A stretch of DNA of 64,000 nucleotides, from NCBI RefSeq assembly GCF_030028105.1, contig NC_092395.1:43428459-43492458 (forward strand), written 5' to 3'. This stretch comes from Mobula birostris. Its lineage: Eukaryota. This document shows positions 1-12,689 of the stretch, one piece after another. Numbering within the stretch: position 1 is the stretch's first letter; the number at the start of each line of letters is the position of its first letter. The translations under genes were made by a program, and so were the position numbers. The notes beneath the pieces are model-generated. The model searched no databases, was not told the origin of the DNA, and saw nothing but the letters and a program-made list of their open reading frames with translations.

Positions 1-120
1 AGTGTCCAAAGATTCAATGTCCATTTAGGAATCGGATGGCAGAGGGGAAGAAGCTGGTCCTGAATCGCTGAGTGTGCGCCTTCAGGCCTCTGTACCTCCT
101 ACCTGATGGTAACAGCGAGA
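1..120 (-). mobile_element. Rex1/Babar LINE 3' end
   Basis: LLPSGRRYRGLKAHTQRFRTSFFPSAIRFLN C-terminal motif. Confidence 0.75.
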
Positions 121-130
121 AAAGTCCATT

Positions 131-270
131 TACCGGAAAGTATTTACCATGAATGTAAAAATTAAAAGCAATTAAACGTGTATTCTTGTAAATATTTTTT
201 TCATTATGAATAAAGTTTATGTTAATATAAAACAAACCTGTACCGCCACAGTATAGCGTTCTCCCGCTAC

Positions 271-306
<36 letters not shown>

Positions 307-520
307 CCGGAATGGGTGAGGAATCTCCTCACTTATTGTTGGAGTGTTTCACTGAGGGGTCGGGACGTGGGGGCGGGGGAGCACATGAGCAGCAAAAGCC
401 CTATTGGTTTGAGGAACGTAATTAACGGAACTGGCAATACCGGCTATTAAACAAATTGCTTTGCAGTTATTTTTGTAAATACTTTTTTCAATATTAATAA
501 AGTTTATTTCGATATAAAAT
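131..520 (+). mobile_element. Two tandem Tx1-like LINE 3' ends
   Basis: 241-520 aligns with the 3' UTR of the Tx1 fossil at 4310-4550; tails ttgtaaata...aataaagtttat at ~185-220 and ~472-507. Confidence 0.6.
273..304 (+). repeat. (GA)16 microsatellite
   Basis: Direct read. Confidence 0.95.
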
Positions 521-746
521 GACTCATATGACTGAATGTGCCACTATGGCCCAATTGACTTCAATAGAAACTGTGCCGAAATAAAAATCAATAAAGTAAC
601 GCTAGACCAGGAGGGCCATTAACTGCAACTGTCTAACTAAAGGTAATGTCGATGCATCGGCTTGGCCACAGTAACATAATACTAAATAAATACCGCTTCT
701 GAGCAGCGTCAGGCTACTCAGTTATCTTTTTTTTCCCGGAACCTGA

Positions 747-1692
747 TGTGACGAGAATACACATAAAATAAGATGTTTGCTGGCCTGGGTTAGCATCAGT
801 GGCATCAGCAGTTGGTCTGTCACCTGTCCTCAGGGGAAGGAGAGATAAGGAACAATGAAGCAGCATCTGGAGATGTGTAATGAAGGGACGGGAGAGAGAG
901 CTGTCTGGAGCAGCTCCCCCTTTGAACCCTGAACTGTTTGAAGTGATGGACAGGCGATCTGGAGATGTGTAATGAAGGGATGGGTGAGAGAGCTGTCTAG
1001 AGCGGCTCCCCCTTTGAACCCTGAACTGTTTGAAGTGATGGACAGGCGATACCCCAGCAGGGGGATAAAAAGGGACAGGTTCGCTAAGGCAGCACACACA
1101 CGACACCCGAGGTAACGAGACCCTGGAAGCGGTGCGCCTCTCACAAGTCGGTGGGAAGCCTTAAACGCACAGGGTGGAAAGGTATGATCAGCGGGAACCC
1201 GGTGAGTGTCCACCCTCGCTTGGGTGCCGGGTTCACTGCAGAGTATCAACAGCATCTGGAGGAGGGGTCACAGTCGGTGACCTCAGGTGACATCACAAAG
1301 GACCCGCCCGAAAGCTGCATATGAGCAATATCGCCGGTCTGTGAGTGGAAGCCGTTCTGAATGATCAGTCGTTCTCGTTCTCTCTCTCCCCCTCCCCCCA
1401 CGTTGTCCATCGCCATGGCAACGATTACTGCGAACTGAACTAAATTGGATTGAAATTTGTGTCACTTTGAAATTGGTCATTTACCCCAAGGCAACGATAG
1501 AGCTTGATTGATGCTGTTATCTTAATTCTGTGCACATGTGTGTTTATCATTGCTGAAGTGTTGCATTTATTATCCTTTCGATTACTGTGTTGCTTGTTTC
1601 TTTAATAAAACTTTCTTAGTTCTAGTAATCCAGACTCCAACTGAGTGATCCATTTCTGCTGGTTTGGCAACCCAGTTACGGGGTACGTAACA
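747..1692 (+). mobile_element. Solo LTR (gypsy-type), 946 bp
   Basis: TG...CA ends, 4-bp TSD CTGA (743-746/1693-1696), AATAAA near 1604, empty site in the paralog near 52070. Confidence 0.85.
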
Positions 1693-1696
1693 CTGA

Positions 1697-4550
1697 ACAT
1701 CGGTAAGTAGGGGGATTTGGTGTTGCTCTGCTGTTGGTCAAGTGTCGGAAGACTGGAACGAGAGGAAGGGAGTAAAACACCACAAGGAAACACGAATTAG
1801 CTGGAACCTGCAATTTCGCGAGCATGATTGCCGAACCTGGTCCGGAGCCCGCCTGCGAGAACGCGCAGACCCCACCCCGCGGCAGAGTCCGTGGTTGTGA
1901 CACTATGCGACAGAGAGGCCACAAGCACAACCTCCCAGAACGTGCCGTCCTCCATCACGTGTGTGTAAGACAGCTGCAAGCGGGAGAGGCAGGACCATGC
2001 AATGACGCTGGAGGAGCTGACTGACTCCATCCATTCTTTCAAATCGAACATAATTCCCAGAACTGATGGGGCCTTCTCAAGTTAAATCAAAAGGAATCAA
2101 GTTTAATTACCAGTCAAACCATACACGGAGACAGTCCAACGAGACAGCGTTCATCTGGGGCCAAGGTGCATAGTATACAGTACATTCAAATTAGCGAGAG
2201 AGAGAGACACACACACACATCCTTACGTAAGAAAACACACGTACAGTCCATTGATGGTTTCCTCCCGGTAATACAGCCTGTCATTCCACCGATCGAACAC
2301 TTGAGGGCAGCACCAACGGTAGCAGGCAGCTCTTAACAGAACACGGGCTCCACGCTGCACCACCTTCAGCGTCATCTCACCTGGACTGCAGCAGCATGCA
2401 AGCCCCCTGGCGGCCCTGTCCTTGCTACAACCGAGGCAAGGCTGCTGCCTCGTCGCCTGCAGCATCTTACATTATCGACGTCCAACAGCGTCTTCGGTCG
2501 TAGGAGAAAAGTTCCAGATAGTCACTCACGGTTACACTGCACGCTGGTTTCGCACACCAACTCTGATGGCTTCAAGTAGCAGGCAACAATATGGTCTTGG
2601 CCCAGGTCAGCTCCTCGGAACATTCTCCAGCCCATCTGGCAGCTTCTCTTTCTCCCTTCTGAGCGTCAGCTCCTTTGACACCCTGGCCTGCGGGTCCTAG
2701 CAATGAACTAATAAGGTAGACCGGCGGCAGCCATAGTTGTTGGAGAGCAGTATAGTTTAAAGATCAGTAAAACAACACACATTTTAAAAAGAAAAGTGCA
2801 CCTTTGGTTGGCTGCTGAGTTCGAACGTGTTGCCATCTTACCGGAAGTCACAATGTTTGGAAATGCACAATTCCAAGCTCCTAGCTGCCGCATGTTAGAC
2901 TCTATGAAGAAGGGCACCCAGAACACTACAGCCTAACTGCTAGAAGATTTTACTTTCAAACTCTCCACTTTTAAAGTATGCCCAAAGGCAAAATACTTCA
3001 GCAGCTGTAAAACTGAAATTAAAGTAGAGACACTCAAGAATTCTGATGGTATCCATTGGAGAGAGAAACAGGGTTTAAATATCCGACTTTCATCAGAGAC
3101 AATAATATCTTGTTTTATATTTCATTGGTCAGTTGGGATTGTCAACTACCATATCAGACTGACCACTTAAAATGTTGTAGTTCTGGTGGACATATCTGCG
3201 CAATGGGAATTGATCTCTAAACAGAGTATTCTGATGAGTGAATTCACAATATTTTGCTGTAAAGGCTGTTTTTTTCTGGGTGAGTCTTTTGAAGGATTGC
3301 TTCTTTTTCTTTCAGTCATTGCTCATTGATATATCTGGAAAGCCCCATGCATTGGAGAATTGATTTTGCTGGCCATAAGGGAGATTCTAAGGACAGTTTT
3401 GCATACATCACCAGACCAAATAATTAAAGCGATGGTACTCAGTGACAAGTCTGTTTAAAGATGAATAGGTGAAATATCTGAGCATGTGGAAGGCACATTA
3501 TACAATGGAACTTGTTCCCTTTTCTTGTTTGTGTGCTGTATAGGACCTTTGCCAAAGCCATCAGAAAGACAAGAGGATAAAATGTGTGACCTTGACAGAC
3601 AATGGAGGGACCCAAGTGAAATGTTCCCTGTGCACGGATGGATTTACCCTCTTCCACTCAGATGTGAAGTTGGTTCACAAATTGATTGGCATGGCTAAGC
3701 AGTCAGGCTGCCAACGCAAAATGCTCACAGAACCAGTTGCCAAAGAGCGAGGCCATGCTGTATGGCAAGTGGCCCAACTGATCCAATGTGTCCTTTATCA
3801 TCGGGTTGGATTATGTGAGGGTGCTGGGGATCTCATTCTGAAGGGCCAAAGGGTGCAATAGGAATTGACTGGAGCAGATTGGGAGGGTAAAGCGGGACTG
3901 TGGGGAAGATGCTCCTATCATTAAGTGAGAAGAACTAGCCATCCGATGTGAGGTGCTCTCAGGGCTGCTACACTTGCTGCAGATGTGGCTCATCCCCCCG
4001 CTCTGCTCCTCTAGTTTGGAAATGACCCAGATTGTCCTCCGGTTCATCTGGGAATCTAAGAAGGAGCAAATAAGACTGGTTACAATGCACAAGTCCTTGG
4101 ACAACCAAGGCAAAAATGTTCAAAATATCCCCATGTGCTGTTGCTTCAGACTGTGCATGGAGCCTAAGCCCATGGACCCCAAGTACCATTACTGAGGTTC
4201 TATCTGTCTTGGATGTTGAGACGGATTCGTCTGGCCTTATTGACATTGAATGTCATGTCCCAGTCAACTGAATGCTTGGCACAGCCACTTGTAAGTGCTT
4301 GGTGGGGAAGGACAACATGGAAGGTTCTTCTGCTACGGGACAGGGAGTGGCTGGGTTTGGTGACGAAGTTCCTGAGTTATTCCTGAGTGTAGCATCCATC
4401 AGAGACTATGTAAGAAACAACAGAGTTATTGGCTTTAAGGAATTTAAATGAACACTACATAATGCTTAATTAAAGAATAAAAATGCATTGCACCATTTAT
4501 TCTTGTAAATATTTTATTATAAATGAAGTTTATTTTGGAACAAAAATGCT
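1697..4550 (+). mobile_element. Degenerate Tx1-clade LINE (ORF2 remnants plus 3' UTR), copy A
   Basis: VLRFIWESKKEQIRLVTMHKSLDNQGKNV...CFRLCMEP...KYHY; EELTDSIHSFKSN near 2011. Confidence 0.75.
2085..2850 (-). mobile_element. Non-autonomous LINE-derived insertion
   Basis: Absent from paralog B; minus-strand head ACTTCCGGTAAGATGGC (Ets/YY1-like), tail tcaagtttaatt on plus strand. Confidence 0.5.
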
Positions 4551-5004
4551 TTGGGTCCCATCTTCACTGACCATGCCCATCTCCACTCACAGACCATGTC
4601 CGTTGCAGTGGCCTGGCAGCATAGCCCATTGTTTAGGAGGCTTTTAATCATTCTCTTCACATGGTACCATGAGATGGGCAACAAATATCAGCTTTGCCAG
4701 TGACAGCCACATTCCAAGAATGTGGAATATCTGAGGTTGACCAGAGTCCCAGGATCTGGAACAATGCTCTTGGAGGAAAGTGAGCCCAGCTGACACTGTA
4801 CCAGTGAGATGATACATGCATTTATCATCTTTAAACAACCAGAAAATTAAATGTCTATTGAGTAAGTCAGGTCAAAAGTCAGTCAGAATGTGTGTTGACA
4901 ATGTCGGAACTCTAGTACGGAGGAAAGACAGAGTCCAAAGTCAAGATGACAACCAGGGTTTATTCTTAAGAATCCCAGCAGCAACATCGCGAGACATAAC
5001 ATTC

Positions 5005-8000
5005 TCTCTTTTTTCTTTTTCAATATTTTTATTGATTTCTATATAGAAGAATACAGAGTCCAAGGGAATACATATTATAAAACAAAAGAAAAAATATAAT
5101 GATACCAGGTACAGTATATAGAATCACATTAATGAACTCCTTACCCTATATTCATATAGATTAGAATAATTTGTACATTGGAATATAAACAGTTTTATAT
5201 AAAAAAATCTATACCCACTACCAAAGTCGAAGCTGTTTTGGGAAAAAAAAAGAAAAAAAAAACCTTATCAGAGAATAAAATATGCTATGAACCAACTTCT
5301 GTACTTTAACGAGAAGTCAAAGATTATGAGAATAATTTAAAAATGGCCCCCACAAATTTTGAAAATCTTGGTTAGATTCAGAAATTGAACAACGAATCTT
5401 TTCTAAATTTAGGCATGCCATAACATCCCGTAACCACTGAGCATGGTTGGACGGAACAGCATCCTTCCACTTAAACAAAAGCGCCCTCCTAGCCATAAGA
5501 GAGATAAAAGCCAGAATGTGCAAATCAGATGTCTTCAAGATGATATCTTTCCTTCCAACAATACCAAATAGGGCAGTCAAAGGATTAGGCTTAACACTTA
5601 CTTTAAAAAGTACAGAAAAAGTTTGGAATAATTCCTTCCAATATTTTTCAAGTCTTGGGCATGTCCAAAGCATATGAATAAATGAAGCTTCTCCATTCTT
5701 ACACCAATCACATAAGGGAGATGTATTCATATAAAAATAAGATAACATATCCTTGGTCATATAAGCCTTATGAACCACTTCAAATTGCAGGAGGGAATGA
5801 CGAACACATAAAGATGAAGTATTAACCAATTTAAAAATTTCATTCCAAGTTTCTTCAGAAATTGAAGTCTGTAAATCTTGTTCCCAAAGATTTTTGATTT
5901 TGTCTAAAGAATTATTTCTCATTCCCAGCAACGTACCATAAATATTGGATATTGAACCATTATAAAATGATTTCATTTAAAGAATTTCATCCAGTGCGTT
6001 CTTATCAGGACTATTAAGAAATGTATATAATTGAGATTGCAGAAAATCTCTAAATTGTAAGTACCGAAAAAATGGGTGTTTGGTCAACCATATTTAGTTG
6101 ACAATTGTTCAAAAGAAAAAAGATTTCCTCCACAAGCAGATCTTGGAAGCGTGTAATGCCCAATCCTTCCCATTGTTTAAAAACTACATCAGTCATAGAA
6201 GGCTTTAAAGATAATTTTAAAAAAAGGGACTAGAAAGGGAGAACCTCAATAAACCAAAGTGTTTTCTAAATTGTCTCCAAATCCTCAAAGTATGTTTGAC
6301 TACCACATTTTCAGTTATCTTACTTAAGAATAAAGGAAGTGAAAATCCCAGAAGAGATATAATAGAAAATTTACTAACTGGGTTAGCTTCTAAAGAAACT
6401 CATCCAGGACAGTCCTCATGATTAATATAGTGTAACCAAAATGTGAGATTCTGTATATTAGCTGCCCAGTAATAAAACCTAAAATTTGGTAAAGCGAAAT
6501 CTCCATTCTTTTTAACTTTCTGGAGATGGACTTTATTCAATTGAAGATGTTTACTTTTTCCATATATAGGAGGATAAAATAGAGTCCAGAGGGTCAAGAA
6601 AGGATTTAGGAATAAAAACAGGTAAAGCCTGAAAGAGGTATGTAAGTTTAGGTAAAACATTCACTTTAATAGAATTAATTTGACCAATCAATGTTAATGA
6701 AAGGGGCAACCAATTTGATAATGTTCTTTTTATATAATTTAATAAAGTAAGAAAATTTTCTTTAAATTGGTATTTATAATTCTTAGTAAATGTTACACCC
6801 AAATAAGTGAATTGGTTTCTTAATATTTGAAAAGGAAATTTAATATCAGTTGATACCAAATTATTCAAAGGAAAAAGTTCACTCTTGTGTTGGTTCAATT
6901 TATATCCAGAAAACCAACTAAAATAAGAGAGTAAAGAAAGCACAGAAGGTAATGAAGTTTCAACATTAGAAATGTAAAGCAGTAAGTCATCCACATAAAG
7001 TGAAACTTTGTGGATAGTACCCTTCCATAAAATAACAGTGATATCATTAGGTTCTAAGGCCAGGTCAAAGAGCAAAGGACTCAAAGGGCAACCTTGTCTG
7101 GTTCCACGTTGAAGTTTAAATGGTTTAGTATTCTGAGAATTAGTAAGAACGCGAGCAAAAGGAGGTAAGTACAGTAATTTAATCCATTGAATAAAGTTGG
7201 ACCAAAATTTAATAATACCATTCAAACCAATCAAAAGCCTTCTCAGAGTCTAAGGATATCACGCACTCCAATATCTCCTTAAAAGGAGAATAGATAACAT
7301 TTAATAACCGAGGAAGTGAGAATATCGATTTTCAATAAAACCAGTCTGATCATCAGAAATGATAGATGGTAAGATATTTTCCACCCTACGGGCCAGAACT
7401 TTAGAGAGGATTTCGTCATCAACATTAAGTACGGAAATTGGTCTATATGAAGAACATTCAGTTGGGTTCTTATTTTTTTTAAGGATAAGCGAAATAGAAG
7501 CTTCGTGAAAAAGATTGTGGCAACCTACCTGGCTTACAAGAAACTGAAAAAACTGAACATAAATGAAGTAGAAGCAAAGAAGAAAAAACCTTATAAAATT
7601 CTCCAGAAAATCAATCAGGACCAGGATCTTTTCCTGAATGCAGTGAGCGTACAGCCTCAGCTATTTCTTCATGAGAAATACATAGATCCAATTGGTTTCA
7701 GTTATCAGCAGTAAGTGTGGGGATATTTAATTGGTCTAAAAAATTATCCATTACAGTATTATCTTTAAGAGGATCAGTACTACATAGTTTAGAATAAAAT
7801 TCTCTAAAAGTATCATTTATTTCTAAATGATCAGTTATCCTAATACCGTTAGCTTTATAAATTTCTTTAATCTGTCATTTAGCACTAGAAGTTTTAATTC
7901 GGTTAGACAATAATTTACCTGTTTTATCTCCATGAATATAAAATTGACTTTTATCCTTTAGGAGTTGAGTTTCAATAGGATATGTTAATAAAAATCAAAT

Positions 8001-8535
8001 TTAGTTTTAATTTCAACCCGTCTTTTATACAAAACAGCATCTGAAGACAGAGCATATTCTTCATCTAATTGTTTCAGCTGATTGGCTAAATTAATTCTCT
8101 CTTTGTTAGCTTTTTTCTTAACACTTGCAATATAAAAAAATGATTTGTCCTCTAATATATACTTTAAAGGAATCCCGTATGACAAGACTAGAACTCTCCT
8201 CCACTGTATTCTCTTCAAACAAGAGAATAATTTGCCTCTCCAAGAACTTTCAAAAATCCTTCTCAGATAACAAAGTTAAATTACAATGCCAGAATCTGTT
8301 TGTCTCAGGAAAACCTGAAAGATTTACAAATAAAAGCACAGGAGCATGGTCAGAAATTGCAATCTCTTTATATTCACAAGATCGAACTAATCGAATCATT
8401 TGGTTATTCATAAAAATTAGTCAATTCTGGAATATGTATGATGAACATGAAAGAAAAAATGAGTATTCTCTATCTGCTGGGTTTAAGAAACACCATATAT
8501 TCATGATACCACATTTAATTAGAGATCAATGAATA
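5005..8535 (-). mobile_element. L1 LINE, 5'-truncated, ORF2 broken
   Basis: RGTRQGCPLSPLLF...LYVDDLLLY (RT), CDWCKNGEASFIHMLWTCP (zinc knuckle), T-rich tail at ~5005-5035. Confidence 0.92.
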
Positions 8536-8849
8536 AATTTTCTCAAAACTCGGACCCTGCTGTTATAACTAATTGTGTCGCCACTTAAATATTACATGTA
8601 ACATGGAATCCTCAAGATAAGTTTAACAAGTTTAAACATAAAACACCCAGAGTCTGCATGATAAAGAGTGAGTCATTCAAAACAAAAGCAAGGAAAACAA
8701 TTAACAAAAATTAACCAATTATGGTGCTCTTAAAAATCTCAGAGCCCAATTCTCTCCAGCTTGCCAGACATGAACAAACACCTCTTTACAAAGTCATATT
8801 ATAGTGATGGCATTTCAAGTGTAGATTTTCCTTGTTAATAGAGGCAGTC

Positions 8850-9330
8850 TGATAGAGACAACTTTGGCAGGGAATCTTAGAGCAATGGGAATGGACACCC
8901 TGGACAATATGGAAACTCAGGAGTCTTCCTGTTTTCTGGACAATGACAGGTACAGGAAGTATTTTCAGCTGAAGGAGCACATCCTCTGGGTTTGGAACTT
9001 GGGCAACAACGGTCCATCCACAAGGCTAATTGTTTCATGTGCAGTCAGCTTCAGGAGCTGGTCATCCTGCAGCTAAAGTGAGTGCATGTATCAGGGAGAC
9101 GAGGAGATCACCAGGCAGACTGGTGCAAGGAGATAGTTCAGCAGAGCCATGAGGACTCCCTGCTCTCTAACTGTATGATATTCAGAGTACTGATTGGGGA
9201 TAGTCTTCCTCTAGGGACAGAGGCATGGCCAGACAAGTGGGTTCATTGTGCAGGCAGAGGAACAGGAAGAGGAATGGTTCCTAATTTGTGGAGCAGAATA
9301 TCAAACTTTTCATCAAAGTAATTGGTCACT
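8850..9330 (+). mobile_element. Fossil CR1 ORF1 region shared by both duplicates (paralog 58020-58480)
   Basis: Similar to the CR1 5' ORF at 40530-40900 (..RKC.QL...ELEQQ..SIHKAE.F...FQELV). Confidence 0.6.
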
Positions 9331-9439
9331 TGACCCATGTGCCAATAATGAAGTCAAATTAAACTAAACCAATCTGCTTCCACAAGGTCTATATCCCCGC
9401 TATATTATTTTGGCTGCTGCAATTTCCTTCCACATCTCA

Positions 9440-10000
9440 TAGATGGAGAATTTTGAAATTTATTTGCCGCGGGTGAGATAGCAGATGACTGGAGAATAGA
9501 AAAGGTGATCTCAGTATTCAAAAGGGCAGCAGATATAAACCAGGCAATGTCGGGCCATGAATTTTAAATCAGTGGAAGGGAATTATAGTAAAATTCCCAA
9601 GGATAGGATATACTTATGCATGGAAAGGCTGAGATTAATCGGGGCATAGTCAGCATAGCTATATTTGTGGGAAAGCTTGTCTCAATAATTGATTGAATTT
9701 TCAGGTATAACCAGAGACTGGATCGACTGAGTTTGTATCTTGGGAACTTGGAGAAGTCAGTGTGTGAGTTGATAGAGATATATGAGATAATGAGGAAGAT
9801 AGAGAGTAGATATTAAAGATATTTTTCTAGTGGAGGGATTTGAAGGATATCTCTCTGGTGGAGGGATGGCCTTAAACTGATAAGGTAGGACATTTAGAAG
9901 AATCCTGAGGGGAGACATTCCACTTAGAGAATGGTGTGACACTTGAACATCATTCATGAGGAGTTGGTAGATGCAGGTAATGTCGAAAAACACTTGAATT
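9440..10000 (+). mobile_element. Deleted CR1 ORF2 fragments
   Basis: Remnants resembling DWR-ANV-F-KG, NLIEF and FRRILRG-FHL RT segments. Confidence 0.5.
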
Positions 10001-10666
10001 GCAGAGAAGATTACAGGCCAAACACCAGTTCATAACTACATCCAGCAAGACCTGGATTACATTCAGAAATGGGCTCATAAGGGTTAAGTAGTATTCATAT
10101 GATAGATATGCTGGACTGGCGTCATGCTTAAGAAGTGTGTGTCGAGCTACCTACACCTGGCATTCAGTGCCATACCACCATGATACTTTGCCACTATTTA
10201 TAGCATCTAAGACAAACACACAATGGAACACTCTTCACTTTTGAAGAAGAGTACAGCTCCAAAAATTTTTCAGAAGCTCAAAACTATCCAGGAGAATGCA
10301 GCTCAATTTCCACTGCCATCGACATTCATTTACTCCACCATGGATGGTCCCAACCCAGCTGAAAGAGGAGGAGTGTTGGACATGGGTCAAGTAATGCATC
10401 CTGTAGAAACCAAGAGCGACAGAAATGTTAACAGAAGCTTCAAAGATCTCCTCCCTGAGAGAGGATGGGTCTTTGAAGATGGGCTACACCTGTGAACAAC
10501 TTGAAAGAATAGGCCAGGACAGAGGACTCTGACCTGTAGCTGATGCTCCAGGATGGTGATAGGCTTAAACAAACAAACATCAACATTTCATTCTATCCAC
10601 CAGAGGTGTACAGTGAATTCAGTGTGGTCCACTTATAAAATGTCCTGCTGTTACTTCCCCATGTTA

Positions 10667-11310
10667 ATCTATCTTTCTATTCAAATCTTTTTATTGTTAT
10701 ATACAGGAAAAATAACATGAGTACATCGAAGTAATGACAGTTACAATGCCTCAAAAAAAACATTATCTTAAAGATTGAAAAAAAAATTTGAGACAACAAA
10801 AAAAAACCTACTAAGCAGAAAAGTGAGAAAAAAAGAGAACCCTTTAGGTGTACAACCCTGGAGTCACGCGTCATACAAAAAGTTTCTAAAAATAAACATC
10901 AAACTGCCAGCAAGAAAAGAAAATATACTAAAATAATTTACAATTAGATTGTGGAAAAATTATATCAATTAACTCAAATGATAATAACGAGCAAATGAGC
11001 CCCATCTTTTCTCAACATTAAATAAAGGTTCAAAGGTTCGACTTCTAATTTTCTCCAAACTAAGACATAGCATCACTTGAGAGAGCCATTGTGACAAAAT
11101 GGGAGCTGATATATCTTTCCACTTCAACAAAATGGCCCTCCAAGCTAACAATGTAACAAATGCAATAACATGTTGGTCAGACACAGAAATACCATGAATA
11201 TTTTGAGGAACTATTCCAAAGAGCACAGTTACTTTATTAGGTTGTAAGTTAATTTTAAGTGCTTTAGAAATATGTCTTTAATTTCTAAAGCACTTAAAAT
11301 TAATCTACAA
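10667..11310 (-). mobile_element. L1 3' fragment with 10-bp TSD CCCCATGTTA
   Basis: TSD 10657-10666/11311-11320; LLAWRAILLKWK...SLEKIR C-terminus; empty site in paralog near 59145. Confidence 0.85.
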
Positions 11311-11429
11311 CCCCATGTTACTCTAAGAACTCCTTCCAAATCTTTCAGCTCACCTGCAAGTACACAAGGTGAGAAAAAGCAGGAGGTGTCCCCCGCAAGT
11401 TCATTTCCAAGTTACAAGTTGGAAATATT

Positions 11430-12050
11430 AGATTATGAAGACATGTAGTCCCCTTTTACTGTCATTCAGTAATGCATGCATTAAGAAATGATACATTATT
11501 TCCTCTGGTGTGATATCACAAAACACAGGACAAACCAAGACTGAAAAAACTGACAAAACCACATAATTATACATATAGTTACAAACAGTGTAACAATATC
11601 ATAACTTGATGAAGATAGTCCGTGAGCACAGTAAAGTTTAAAGTTTCTCAAATGTCCAACATCTCATGCAGACGGGAGAAGGAAGAAAAACTCTCCCTTC
11701 CATGCCGACCACAATCCGACTCTGAGTCATCCGAAAACTTCGAGCTCTGATCAGCTCTCCGACACCGGGTACTGAGCAGCATCTCTGCCGAACGATTCGA
11801 CCTCCTTCTTGGTTGCCAAAAGCAGGCAGGACCGGGGATTTTGAGGCCTACCCTCCGAAAGATTCCCGACCACACACTGTAACGACAGCAGCAGACGGGC
11901 ATTTCAGAAATTCCTCCAGATGTTCCTCTGTTCTTTCGCGTCCATTCTCCATCAAATCAGAATTGTCCACAGCCCCTATTTAACAGATATGACATCATTT
12001 TTCACCAGAGAACTGCGCACGTGCAACACGCTGCCATCTTCTCCTCCCGC
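11430..12050 (-). mobile_element. Non-autonomous ~620-bp retroelement (same family as 59775-60460)
   Basis: Reverse-complement similarity; head GGAGAAGATGGC, tail ...cataatctaat. Confidence 0.7.
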
Positions 12051-12689
12051 CGATATCTCGCAAATAAGTAAGAATATCTAGTCTTGGACCTCAGAAAAAT
12101 TTCTATAAATGTACTGTGATAAGGACTTTCCTGAATGTTTAGCCTTTGGGAAAAAGTAACGGGTTTGAGTTCAAAAAATGTTGTGTGATGTGTGGCCACC
12201 TGTCAGTTCACTTGAGTTTTATCTATCTCCATCTCACAGCCAAGATATTAGTGCAGGGAGATTCAATTGTCATTTTGAAACTGGAGCCAGTTACGTATCT
12301 GAAACTGCTGGACTGTAGGGAGAAAGGCTGGTGCATGTAATGTTTTTAATATCGAGCTGGTCTGAGGTGAACAGGCCAAATGGCCTCACTTTCTGAGGGA
12401 GTCATTCTGATTCACTGTTATTTACCCTCTTATGATGACCTGTGAGTCTGAGACGGTGAATTTAGTTCTGGCACCTCTCAGGTAAAACCTTCTTGTTTTA
12501 GGCAGTTCATAAAGTTGATAATTGACTGATGCCTTGTTTCTGCACTGTCGAGTCACTGAGATGAAATGACAGCATCCATCTCCAATATAGTACAATTCCC
12601 TTTTGTAACTCTGGTTAGATCTGGAGGTGATATTGTCCAGAAAGTTCTTCAGGAGTCAAAAGGAGTTGCCACATTGATGGTTACAGCTG

